The notes under the pieces: generated by a model
Told to the model about the DNA's origin: nothing
Seen by the model: only the letters and a program-made list of their open reading frames with translations
Database searches by the model: none
Program-made: the position numbers and the translations under genes
In this document: piece by piece, positions 1 through 9,050 of the stretch
Numbering within the stretch: the stretch's first letter is position 1
How the letters are laid out: the number at the start of each line of letters is the position of its first letter
Assembly (NCBI GenBank): GCA_046759445.1
Contig: JBHICG010000047.1
Coordinates: forward strand, 1 to 26,140
DNA: 26,140 bases
Direction: 5' to 3'
Origin: Candidatus Scalinduaceae bacterium
GTDB lineage: Bacteria > Planctomycetota > Brocadiia > Brocadiales > Scalinduaceae

Positions 1-1
1 T

Positions 2-88
2 TATGTCAAATTTCATTCCTTTTAATAACTCTTTGACACCTTCACTAATGATATTGTGACAGCAACAGATAGTGATTCTAAATGTCAT
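2..88 (-). CDS. N-terminus (truncated by window edge) of a probable NarL/LuxR-type response regulator with an atypical receiver
   Basis: Manual translation MTFRITICCCHNIISEGVKELLKGMKFDI resembles the receiver start IRILIADDHxIVREGLKxLL; GGAGG lies just upstream of the ATG at 88; not in the ORF track. Confidence 0.55.
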   Translation of the reverse strand, partial: MTFRITICCCHNIISEGVKELLKGMKFDI

Positions 89-276
89 TGCCTCCACTCT
101 CTTAAATCTGTGTTTATCAGGCGCTTTTAATTAGATTTTGTCTTTCTTATGGCCGATTTTATTGATACCTTTGTAAGAGAGCAAATATAATACCATTATT
201 TTTATAGAATGGAGGAAGTTGTTAAGTGTCAATACAATATAAAGTTACAAAAATCTATTAAATTTCTATATTACAT

Positions 277-321
277 TTTGTTATAAAAGCATAACAAAAA
301 ATGTTATGGGTTTATAACAAA
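277..321. promoter_or_regulatory. 45-bp nested palindrome, candidate operator
   Basis: TTTGTTATAAA (277-287) / TTTATAACAAA (311-321) enclosing CATAACA-N5-TGTTATG (290-308). Confidence 0.45.
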
Positions 322-454
322 TTAGGATCCGATCAAGGCGACAATGTGTCGAAGGCACCCGTATTTATGAAGGCAAATAAAAAATAAAACCATGGACACT
401 TCCTCTATTCTTTTGCCAATTACTCTTTTTTTGCGATTTACATTCATATTAGAC

Positions 455-513
455 ACCTGTCTGCGTGCCTGCCTGTGCGTGACCACACGCAGTCAGGCAA
501 CGCACAGGCAGGT
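455..513. repeat. Nested GC-rich REP-like palindromic element
   Basis: Arms CCTGTCTGCGTG (456-467), CCTGCCTGTGCGT (468-480), CACGCAGTCAGG (486-497), ACGCACAGGCAGG (500-512), in A-B-A'-B' order. Confidence 0.7.
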
Positions 514-686
514 AGGACTTTCAGAGTGAACTAAAGTGTAAAATGATCTAAAATGCCTAAAGTTTAACAAACCATTTTCATCTACAATTTATAATATTAA
601 TCAGACAAGATTAGCAGAATTAACATGATTGACCCACTCAACGTTTTAAGCGGATATGTCTTAACAAATACTGCTGAAAATCTAGA

Positions 687-730
687 GATTCCCTGTTTGT
701 TAACCAGGTAGGCTGTTCGTCGGGAATGAC
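687..730. repeat. GATTCCC...GGGAATGAC palindromic element (RPE/RS3-like)
   Basis: GATTCCC at 687-693 and GGGAATGAC at 722-730, with an internal CCTG..CAGGTAGG palindrome. Confidence 0.45.
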
Positions 731-752
731 ACGTAGTCATTAGCCGGCTATT

Positions 753-944
753 TAGATTGTTCGTATAGTTTGACAATATAAATGAAAAAAGTACGAATAT
801 ATATGTTTTCTATAAACTCGAAAAAAAGTAATATTGAAAATCAGAAAATTCGTTAGATTTGTCTGAAGTGTTTCGTAAACACAGAAACGTGATATAAGGG
901 ATTGTTTATTGAGCCATAAAAAACAAAACATACTGAACGTGTTA
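753..944. mobile_element. Possible ~190-bp MITE / IS-end remnant
   Basis: Weak terminal inverted repeats TAGATTGTTCGTA vs TAACACGTTCAGTA (reverse complement of right end); the overlapping 69-aa ORF looks spurious; resemblance to IS-derived minis is from memory and unverified. Confidence 0.3.
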
Positions 945-1006
945 TGTATTTTCATGGCCAACGTGTTGATAATCTTATTCTTTTTCTTAGTGTGGAAGTT
1001 TTGCAG

Positions 1007-2353
1007 CTATTTTACACAGCGGAATCCTACACTCATGTTCCCAAGATTGGGACTCATTGACTTTCGTGCGGTGCATCGTAGTAAAATGCCAAGATTACCA
1101 AATCTAGAACCACCTCGAATTATCTTCTTGTTGCCTTTTTCTGGCCCTTTTGGATTATTCTTGGGACTCCTTGTATAATAAAGCATGTCTCCCCAGTCAG
1201 TACACCATTCCGCAACGCTTCCGGCCATGTCGTAACATCCATAAGGGCTTTTGCCGTCATCATGTCTTCCAATTGGCTCAGGGTCTCCAATATTACATTT
1301 CTCAGGGTCCCATTCGTTACCCCATGGCCATTTTCTTTCATCTGTTCCTCTGGCTGCCTTTTCCCACTCTGCCTCTGTTGGCAATCTCTTTCCAGCCCAT
1401 GAGGCATAGGCATAAGCGTCATACCAGTCCACCCTTACTACAGGATACTCTGGGTGATTATAATAATCATCTTCCCAATTAAGAGGGGTATGATCCTTAT
1501 TTCCCGGTTCGTCTGTCCGGCATTTACTATGGTCGTTTGTTTTCTTGATGTAATCCAGAAACTCATAGTATTGGGCATTTGTTACTTCATATCTATCAAT
1601 ATAAAAAGCATCAACATAAACTTTATGACTTGGACGTTGCTCTCGTTTTATATCATTTATTCCCATTACGAATGGACCGGCAGGGATTAATACCATATCA
1701 CATTTTTCTTTTATACCAGGTAAGGCCTCTTTCATCACACTATCCCTTTGTGCATGCTTTTCCATTAACTTTTTTTTCTTATTTAAGATTGTCTGTAATA
1801 CGGCTATATATGACACTACCTTATCTATATCCTTTGCATCTGGCACAAGCGTAATATACCTTCTAAGGTGTTCTATAGCTTTTTCCTGCATTCCTATCTT
1901 TCCATATAGCCAACCAATATTATATTGAAGTTCTGGCAGATCAGGATATAGATCAACGGCTTTCTTGTATTCCTCAAGCGCCTTATCTAATTCTTTATTA
2001 TCTGAAAATTTGTTACCTTCCTTTAAATGTTTCAAAGCCTCTGTTTTGTTTTCTAAAAGTTTTTGTTCATCTAATACGGCTTCTTCAGCAGTTATGAGCT
2101 TTTCTCCATCTTGTCTACAAAATGTTTCTCCAGGAACTCCTGCCATTTTACATTTAGGACAAACCAAAAGTCTTTGTGTTTCAACTAATTTAGTTCCATC
2201 CTTCCCACAGAATTTAATATCGTTTGAGTATCTGGTTCCACATTCTGGACATTTATTATAAAGTTCAGTGTTAGATTGCACTGTTTCTACAAATATTGTG
2301 GTTGCCATAAACAACCAACACGGTATTAGATACTTATTTAGGAATCTTGACAT
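1007..2353 (-). CDS. Exported protein: two Zn-ribbon-like repeats + TPR + FGE-sulfatase (SUMF1/EgtB/PvdO) domain
   Basis: Hydrophobic N-terminus; CPECG..FCGKDG and CPKC..FCRQDG; TPR helices; FGE motifs YEVTNAQY, PVVRVDWYDA, RLPTEAEWEKAARG, DMAGSVAEW, RGGS, GFRC. ATG at 2353 with upstream GGAG preferred over TTG at 2368. Confidence 0.85.
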   Translation of the reverse strand: MSRFLNKYLIPCWLFMATTIFVETVQSNTELYNKCPECGTRYSNDIKFCGKDGTKLVETQRLLVCPKCKMAGVPGETFCRQDGEKLITAEEAVLDEQKLLENKTEALKHLKEGNKFSDNKELDKALEEYKKAVDLYPDLPELQYNIGWLYGKIGMQEKAIEHLRRYITLVPDAKDIDKVVSYIAVLQTILNKKKKLMEKHAQRDSVMKEALPGIKEKCDMVLIPAGPFVMGINDIKREQRPSHKVYVDAFYIDRYEVTNAQYYEFLDYIKKTNDHSKCRTDEPGNKDHTPLNWEDDYYNHPEYPVVRVDWYDAYAYASWAGKRLPTEAEWEKAARGTDERKWPWGNEWDPEKCNIGDPEPIGRHDDGKSPYGCYDMAGSVAEWCTDWGDMLYYTRSPKNNPKGPEKGNKKIIRGGSRFGNLGILLRCTARKSMSPNLGNMSVGFRCVK

Positions 2354-2497
2354 TGAGATCTTCTCCAAAAACGAATCTCTGCCTGGACTGTAATGTCATC
2401 TCTGATTGGAGCAAAAAATTTGATTTGAATGTAGAGATTTTAATTCTGGATACAGATTTTCGCGGATAAAAAACTGAAATAACAAGCAGTTACTTTT

Positions 2498-2528
2498 GCA
2501 CGGACAAACAAGTTTGTCCATGCCACCC
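2498..2528. repeat. REP-like hairpin GCACGGACAAAC-AA-GTTTGTCCATGC-CACCC
   Basis: 12-bp stem with one mismatch plus a CACCC foot, between valS and the FGE gene. Confidence 0.7.
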
Positions 2529-2597
2529 ATGCTTACTGCCTACTTAAATCTTTAGTTGCGACTTTGCCGCATTGTGTTTATCTGTGTCTTATTTAAT

Positions 2598-5300
2598 TTA
2601 ATTGTCTTTGTCTAAGTCGAGTAAAATACTCTTTATTTTAATAATTTGCCCCAGTAGTTCAGCCTCTTTATCCTTTTCTTCATTGACAATATGTTCTGGA
2701 GCATTGTTAATAAAGTCATTATTGAAAATCTTCTTCCTCACTGATTCCAGATGTGAATCAAGCTTTTTTAATCGTTCCAATTGCCTTTTTTTCTCTAGTT
2801 CTATATCAATGAGTCCTTTTAGGGGAACAAAAACTTGTATGTCGCTCACTACCTCACTAGCAGAAAATTCTGGTTTTTTCAGGTTTATGCCTATTTCTAA
2901 ACCATCCAGATTTGCCATTTGAACTAGAAATTTATTGTGCTCATCAAGTCCCCACTTGGCTTCCTTGTCACGAACAGAAATCAGTGCACTCAAATCTTGT
3001 TTTGCAGGTATATTCATATTACGTCTGATATTTCGTATTGTCCTGATTATGCCTTGAAGCAAAGACATTGTTTCGGTCACTTTCCTGTTAACTTTTGTTG
3101 CATCTTGCTTGGGCCATGGACATATCATCAGGCTTTCATTGTCCATCGTATCAGTTAGTACTAAATTATTTTCTCCGGCTAAACGTTTTAAGTGTTGCCA
3201 TATTTCTTCAGTGAGAAATGGAGCAAAAGGATGCAATAAACGTAAAATATTATCGAGCACATATGTTAAAACCTTCTGTGCTACTAATTTGCTTTTTTTA
3301 TTGTCAGCCTCATATAGCCTTGGTTTGATTATTTCCAGATACCAATCACAAAACTCATGCCAGATAAATTCATATAGAACCTTTATGGCTTCATTAAATC
3401 TATATTTTTCCAAGGAAACTGTACATGTTTCTATATTCGAATTTAAGCGACTTATTATCCAAACATCCTCAAAAAGATATTCATCATCTTTAATTTTTAT
3501 GTCAGGCAATTCATTTGGCTTTAAATTCATCATTGCAAATCTGGCTGCATTCCATACTTTGTTAATAAAATTTCGCCCCATTTCAAACCTGTTTTCATGC
3601 AGTTTTATGTCTTGTCCCTCGGTAGTCAGCATTATCATAGAGGTTCTGACTGCATCTGCTCCGTATTGATCAATCATTAACAAAGGGTCAATACCATTAC
3701 CTAAAGACTTGCTCATTTTCCTGCCCAGTTCATCAAGGATAGTACCATGTATATAAACATTACGAAAAGGGACTTCCTTCTTGATTTCAAGACCCATCAT
3801 AACCATTCTTGCCACCCAAAAGTATATAATACCCCTGTCAGTAACAAGTGTAGATGTTGGGTAATAATATTTTAATTCTTTTGTTTCATCTGGCCATCCC
3901 ATAGTTGAAAAAGGCCATAGTGCAGAACTAAACCATGTGTCCAGGACGTCCTCATCCTGTGTTAACATACTATTACTACATTTTATACATTTTGCAGGAG
4001 TATGAGAACTAATGATTATTTCTTTACAACTATTACAATGCCATGCCGGAATCCTGTGACCCCACCAAATCTGTCTGGAAATGCACCAATCCTTCACATT
4101 TTCTAACCAGCTCATATACACCTTAACCCATCTCTCGGGGTAGAAAGTAATGGATCCTTTATTATGAGCCTCGATTGCCGCCCTGGCTAAAGGTTTCATT
4201 TTGATAAACCACTGATCGGAAAGGTATGGTTCAATAACGGTTCTGCAACGATAACAGTGCCCTACAGAGTGAGAATATGGTTGAACCTTTACAATAAACT
4301 TTTCCTCTTTGAGTTCTTCAACCAGCGCCTCTCTACATTCGTATCTATCCATTCCTGTATAACTCGTAGAATCTCCTTTTATAGTAGCATCCTCATTCAT
4401 AATCAAAATTGGTTCTAAATTGTGCCTCTTGCCTATTTCAAAATCATTTGGGTCATGTGCAGGAGTTACCTTTACGGCTCCTGTACCAAATTTGGGATCA
4501 ACCGATTCATCAGCAATTATGGGGATTGCACGTCCTACTACAGGAAGTGTGAGTTTCTCACCAATCATTTGCTTATATCTTTCATCGTCAGGATGCACAG
4601 CAACGGCGACGTCTCCTAACATTGTTTCCGGACGTGTCGTTGCGATATTTAGGAACAGGTGTGGTTCGTCACGGAAAGGGTATTTGATATACCAGAGATG
4701 CCCTTCATGGTCTTCGTGTTCTACCTCATCATCTGATAGAGCGGTGAGGCATCTTGGGCACCAGTTAATGATGTATTTTCCTTTGTATATCAATCCTTTC
4801 TCATAAAGTTTAATAAATGCCTCTTTCACAGCTTTAGACAAGCCTTCATCCATAGTAAATCTTTCTCTGTCCCAATCGCATGAACAGCCTAATTTTCGCA
4901 ACTGTCTCAGGATTTCGGAGCCATATTCATTCTTCCATTTCCACACTTCATCAATAAACCTTTCTCTGCCCAGTTTGTTACGATTCAATCCATTTTTCGC
5001 CAGTTCCCTTTCAACAACATTTTGAGTTGCGATACCTGCGTGATCAGTCCCTGGCATCCATAGTGAATTGAAACCTTGCATTCTCCTCCACCTTATAAGT
5101 ATATCCTGCAGGATATTATTTAGGGCATGACCCATATGTAATACTCCTGTGACGTTTGGTGGTGGAATAACTATGGTAAATGGTTTCTTATCGGGATCTG
5201 GTTCGCTATGTGAAAAGTTGCCTTTTTCCCAGAAATGATACCATTTGTCTTCGACTTCCTTAGGGTTGTATTTAGTTGGTAATTTAATGTCCATTTTCAT
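2598..5300 (-). CDS. valS: Valine--tRNA ligase
   Basis: [52 protein letters not shown]-terminal coiled coil; start may be ATG at 5294. Confidence 0.98.
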   Translation of the reverse strand: MKMDIKLPTKYNPKEVEDKWYHFWEKGNFSHSEPDPDKKPFTIVIPPPNVTGVLHMGHALNNILQDILIRWRRMQGFNSLWMPGTDHAGIATQNVVERELAKNGLNRNKLGRERFIDEVWKWKNEYGSEILRQLRKLGCSCDWDRERFTMDEGLSKAVKEAFIKLYEKGLIYKGKYIINWCPRCLTALSDDEVEHEDHEGHLWYIKYPFRDEPHLFLNIATTRPETMLGDVAVAVHPDDERYKQMIGEKLTLPVVGRAIPIIADESVDPKFGTGAVKVTPAHDPNDFEIGKRHNLEPILIMNEDATIKGDSTSYTGMDRYECREALVEELKEEKFIVKVQPYSHSVGHCYRCRTVIEPYLSDQWFIKMKPLARAAIEAHNKGSITFYPERWVKVYMSWLENVKDWCISRQIWWGHRIPAWHCNSCKEIIISSHTPAKCIKCSNSMLTQDEDVLDTWFSSALWPFSTMGWPDETKELKYYYPTSTLVTDRGIIYFWVARMVMMGLEIKKEVPFRNVYIHGTILDELGRKMSKSLGNGIDPLLMIDQYGADAVRTSMIMLTTEGQDIKLHENRFEMGRNFINKVWNAARFAMMNLKPNELPDIKIKDDEYLFEDVWIISRLNSNIETCTVSLEKYRFNEAIKVLYEFIWHEFCDWYLEIIKPRLYEADNKKSKLVAQKVLTYVLDNILRLLHPFAPFLTEEIWQHLKRLAGENNLVLTDTMDNESLMICPWPKQDATKVNRKVTETMSLLQGIIRTIRNIRRNMNIPAKQDLSALISVRDKEAKWGLDEHNKFLVQMANLDGLEIGINLKKPEFSASEVVSDIQVFVPLKGLIDIELEKKRQLERLKKLDSHLESVRKKIFNNDFINNAPEHIVNEEKDKEAELLGQIIKIKSILLDLDKDN

Positions 5301-6858
5301 CCTTTAGGAGTTTATATTCAATACTATCAACGAGAGCCTGCCAACTGGCTTCAATTACGTTTTCAGATACACCAATAGTGCCCCAAATATCTTTGTGGTC
5401 ATGTGTTTCAATTACGACCTTCACTTTTGCGGCTGTTGCTTCTTTAGGATTGATAACGCGTACTTTATAATCCATAAGATGCATTTCCTTAATGGACGGA
5501 TAGAATTTTTCCAGGGCCTTCCTTAGCGCACCGTCTAAGGCGTTTACGGGACCATCACCATCGCTAACTGTTAACTCTTCTATACCATTAACTCTTATTT
5601 TGACTGTTGCTCGAGTGATTGACTTTCCATCCTTTCCTTTTTCTACAATTACCCTGAAATCTTCAAGGTCAAAAAACCCCTTATGTTTACCTGTTAATTT
5701 TTTAACCAGAAGTTCAAATGAACCTTCTGCTGATTCGAAGTGGTACCCTTGATTTTCCAAGTCTTGAACTTTTCTAAGAATCTTTTTCATTAATTTAGGA
5801 TCGTGTTCAATTTTATATCTTTCTACCTTTGCTAAGATGTTTGAGCTTCCCGATAGTTCAGATATTAATATTCTTCTTTCATTTCCAACGGTCTCTGGTT
5901 CTATGTGTTCGTAAGTATTTCTGTTCTTTTTAATTGCGTTTACGTGCAGTCCGCCCTTATGTGCAAATGCGCTTGAACCTACAAATGGTTGATTAGGCCT
6001 GGAGAGAAAGTTTGCCACTTCGTAAACGTATCTTGATATTTCTGTGAGTTTTTTAAGTCCCGAATCGCCAAGGCAATGGAATTTTTCCTTTAATACTAGA
6101 TTGGGTATCAAAGAACACAAGTCCGCATTACCGCACCTTTCACCAAACCCATTTATAGTTCCCTGGATATGTCGAATTCCAATTTTAACTGCTGCAAGGG
6201 TATTAGCCACTGCAAGATCACAGTCGTTATGTGTATGTATGCCTAGCGGGGTTTTTATCTTGCCTATAACCTTTCCTGTAATCTTCTCTATTTCATGTGG
6301 TAAGCAGCCACCGTTTGTGTCACAAAGAACTATTGAATCGGCACCGTAGTCCTGTGCGATTTTTATTACTTTTAATGCATATTTTGGATTGTTCTTATAA
6401 CCGTCAAAAAAATGTTCTGCATCGAAGATGACTTCTCTTCCTTTTGATTTTAGATACTTAACAGTATCAGATACCATCTTCAGATTATCATCCAATGAAA
6501 CCTTGAGTACATCAGTTACGTGGAAGTCCCAACTTTTGGCTACAATCGTTATGACTGGAGCCTCTGATAAAAGCAAGGCCTTTATACCACGATCTTCTGA
6601 GGTTTTCTTATTTGCGCGTTTTGTGCTGCCAAAAGCGGTTATTTTAGCATTTTTAAGTGGGATGTTTTTAATATCTTTAAAAAACCCCTTGTCTTTAGGG
6701 TTTGATAAAGGGAACCCTCCCTCTATATAATCTACGCCAAGGTCGTCTAGCTTAATGGCTATTCCGATTTTGTCCTGTAAAGAAAAAGATATACCTTCTG
6801 TCTGACTGCCGTCGCGTAATGTTGTATCGTATACTATTATTTTCTCTCTAGTTTTCAT
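5284..6858 (-). CDS. cimA: Citramalate synthase (LeuA/CimA family)
   Basis: [53 protein letters not shown], regulatory domain GPVNALD; overlaps the valS start. Confidence 0.93.
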   Translation of the reverse strand: MKTREKIIVYDTTLRDGSQTEGISFSLQDKIGIAIKLDDLGVDYIEGGFPLSNPKDKGFFKDIKNIPLKNAKITAFGSTKRANKKTSEDRGIKALLLSEAPVITIVAKSWDFHVTDVLKVSLDDNLKMVSDTVKYLKSKGREVIFDAEHFFDGYKNNPKYALKVIKIAQDYGADSIVLCDTNGGCLPHEIEKITGKVIGKIKTPLGIHTHNDCDLAVANTLAAVKIGIRHIQGTINGFGERCGNADLCSLIPNLVLKEKFHCLGDSGLKKLTEISRYVYEVANFLSRPNQPFVGSSAFAHKGGLHVNAIKKNRNTYEHIEPETVGNERRILISELSGSSNILAKVERYKIEHDPKLMKKILRKVQDLENQGYHFESAEGSFELLVKKLTGKHKGFFDLEDFRVIVEKGKDGKSITRATVKIRVNGIEELTVSDGDGPVNALDGALRKALEKFYPSIKEMHLMDYKVRVINPKEATAAKVKVVIETHDHKDIWGTIGVSENVIEASWQALVDSIEYKLLKDENGH

Positions 6859-7047
6859 GAAATCTCGTACATAAATAATACAACCTAAAGTTTACAGCTA
6901 AAAATTACGCATTATTATTTAGGTTGAATTTAAGTAAAATAAGAGTAAAATTACTGCTGATTATATAAATTTTTATTTTTACAGTGCTGGGGCGTCTTGT
7001 CAAGTACAAACAATAGTAAGTAACATAAAAAATGATGAGGGTAAAAC

Positions 7048-8232
7048 ATGAGAAATATGCATAATGCTAACATAAACACCACTAACATGAAAGAAGGAAC
7101 TATAAAAGATGTTTATTCGCATATAAAACACCACGAACACGCCAAGGTTTCTCACCAATATATGAAAAATGTGAAGAACCAACTGCGCCTTGTATTCTGG
7201 GAAACAACCGCAGGTTGCAATCTGGAATGTATACACTGTCGAAGACTGGATGTTAGTACCCAGTTGGCAAATGATGACATGACAACAGAAGAATCTTATG
7301 AATTCGTCGATGCCATAGCCGAAACGGGTAAACCAATCCTCGTCTTAAGTGGGGGAGAACCACTATTTCGTCCTGACATATTCGATATTGCAAAACATGC
7401 GGTAAAAAAAGGATTAACTGTAGCATTGGCTACCAATGGTACACTGGTGGATGGAGCCATGGCTAAGAAAATTGTAGATGCCGGGGTGTCCAGGGTTTCC
7501 ATAAGCCTCGATGGTGCGGATGCAGAGACTCATGACAATTTCCGAAAACTGAAGGGTTCATTTGAAAGAGCCATCGAAGGATTCAATCATTTAAAAAAGC
7601 TGGGGATGAGTATGCAAGTCAACTGTACGATTGCAAAACACAATGAACATCAGCTTCGTGACCTGTATAACCTTGCCGTAAAACTGGGTGCCGAGGCAAT
7701 TCATATATTTATGCTCGTTCCTGTTGGCTGCGGGGTTGAAATAGCCGATGACCAGATGCTGGCGCCTGAAAGGTATGAGGAGCTCCTTAACCTCTTCTAT
7801 GATTTATCAAAAGATGCAGTGATTCAGACAAAGGCGACATGTTCGCCCCACTATTTCAGGATAATGCGCCAACGGGCAAAAGAAGAAGGTGTTACTATTT
7901 CCCCAAGAACACACGGTATGGCAGCCATGACTAAGGGTTGTCTGGCTGGAACCGGAGTATGTTTTGTTTCCCACAAGGGAGAGGTCTTTCCATGTGGATA
8001 TCTGCCTGTAGAAGCAGGACACATCAAGAAACAGCCGTTTAAGGAAATATGGAAGGACTCCCCGGTTTTCGCTAAACTCAGAGAACCTGACTTGCTTGGA
8101 GGCAAGTGCGGAGAATGCGAATACAAAAAGGTTTGCGAAGGCTGCAGAGCTCGCGCTTTTTATGAGACTGGAGACTACATGGCGGAAGAACCATACTGTG
8201 TTTATAAACCAAAAGTTGCAGGCAAAAGCTAA
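7048..8232 (+). CDS. ahbD: AdoMet-dependent heme b synthase (radical SAM/SPASM, AhbD/NirJ2-like)
   Basis: LRLVFWETTAGCNLECIHC (CxxxCxxC), KATCSPHYFRIMRQ, GCLAGTGVCFVSHKGEVFPCGY, SPASM CxxCxxxxxCxGCRARA, EEPYCVY. Confidence 0.85.
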   Translation: MRNMHNANINTTNMKEGTIKDVYSHIKHHEHAKVSHQYMKNVKNQLRLVFWETTAGCNLECIHCRRLDVSTQLANDDMTTEESYEFVDAIAETGKPILVLSGGEPLFRPDIFDIAKHAVKKGLTVALATNGTLVDGAMAKKIVDAGVSRVSISLDGADAETHDNFRKLKGSFERAIEGFNHLKKLGMSMQVNCTIAKHNEHQLRDLYNLAVKLGAEAIHIFMLVPVGCGVEIADDQMLAPERYEELLNLFYDLSKDAVIQTKATCSPHYFRIMRQRAKEEGVTISPRTHGMAAMTKGCLAGTGVCFVSHKGEVFPCGYLPVEAGHIKKQPFKEIWKDSPVFAKLREPDLLGGKCGECEYKKVCEGCRARAFYETGDYMAEEPYCVYKPKVAGKS

Positions 8233-8296
8233 TTGAAGTTCATTTATTTATATTACTATTCTATCCTACCGATGGAGAAAAGGCCTAAGTTCTGTT

Positions 8297-8920
8297 ATGG
8301 AGTCTACTGAACAAGAACGGGCTATAAGCAAGGCTCACCTGATAAGAAGGCTTTACGATTGGACATTACATTGGGCAAAAACGCCTCATAGTACCTGGGC
8401 ACTTTTTATACTTGCTTTTTGCGAATCTTCTTTTTTTCCTATTCCTCCAGATGTCTTGTTAATAGCTTTAGCAGTTGCTCTTCCTACAAAGTCATTTAAG
8501 TATGCATTGGTATGTTCGGCAGGATCAGTTTTAGGTGGATGCTTTGGTTATCTAATCGGATACGGGTTTTTTGAGTATATAGGAGAACCAATTATCAGTT
8601 TCTACAACATTACTGACAAATTTAATGCTGTGAGTACAAGTTATCAAAGTAATGCATTTGCCGCTATTGCAATAGCTGGTTTTACACCTATCCCATATAA
8701 GGTTTTTACCATAGCTGCTGGTGTATGCAAGGTAAATCTGTTTACATTAATCGTGGCTTCTTTATTAGGAAGAAGTGGAAGATTCTTCATGGTTGCAGGA
8801 TTATTATACCTATTCGGACCAAAGATTAAGATATTTATAGAGAAATATTTTAACATCCTTACGATTGTTTTTGTAATATTATTAATCGGGGGATTCGTTG
8901 TAATAAAATACCTTAAATAG
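8297..8920 (+). CDS. YqaA/DedA (VTT domain) membrane protein
   Basis: LYDWTLHWA, AFCESSFFPIPPDVLLI, GSVLGG, AGFTPIPYKVFTIAAG. Confidence 0.92.
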   Translation: MESTEQERAISKAHLIRRLYDWTLHWAKTPHSTWALFILAFCESSFFPIPPDVLLIALAVALPTKSFKYALVCSAGSVLGGCFGYLIGYGFFEYIGEPIISFYNITDKFNAVSTSYQSNAFAAIAIAGFTPIPYKVFTIAAGVCKVNLFTLIVASLLGRSGRFFMVAGLLYLFGPKIKIFIEKYFNILTIVFVILLIGGFVVIKYLK

Positions 8921-9022
8921 TTTACTACGGAGTCCGCAAAGAGTGTAGTGAGAACCTAAAAACAATGACAAGAGAATTTATTATTTAAAAATCTCTGTGA
9001 TCTTTGCGTTCTCTACGGAAAA
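8921..9022. repeat. Imperfect inverted-repeat intergenic element
   Basis: GAGTCCGCAAAGA near 8930-8942 pairs with TCTTTGCGTTCTC at 9001-9013. Confidence 0.45.
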
Positions 9023-9050
9023 CTGAGCTTTAACACAGGGGGGGATTATC

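Noticed and set aside
131..196. 21-aa minus-strand ORF MVLYLLSYKGINKIGHKKDKI as a leader peptide
   Set aside because: No SD and no attenuator-like structure
325..362. GC-rich patch with a small CGACA-ATG-TGTCG hairpin as a riboswitch
   Set aside because: Matches no aptamer consensus I recognise; too short to support
752..961. 69-aa minus-strand ORF, and the 909-1178 plus-strand ORF
   Set aside because: No RBS or motifs; composition typical of AT-rich non-coding or antisense sequence
1007..1120. FGE/C-lectin C-terminus as a diversity-generating retroelement variable region
   Set aside because: No template-repeat copy or reverse transcriptase was seen in the window; a remote DGR cannot be excluded
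7048..8232. Radical SAM gene as AmrS of the AmmeMemoRadiSam trio
   Set aside because: It has AhbD/SPASM signatures and lacks the PflA-like AmrS layout
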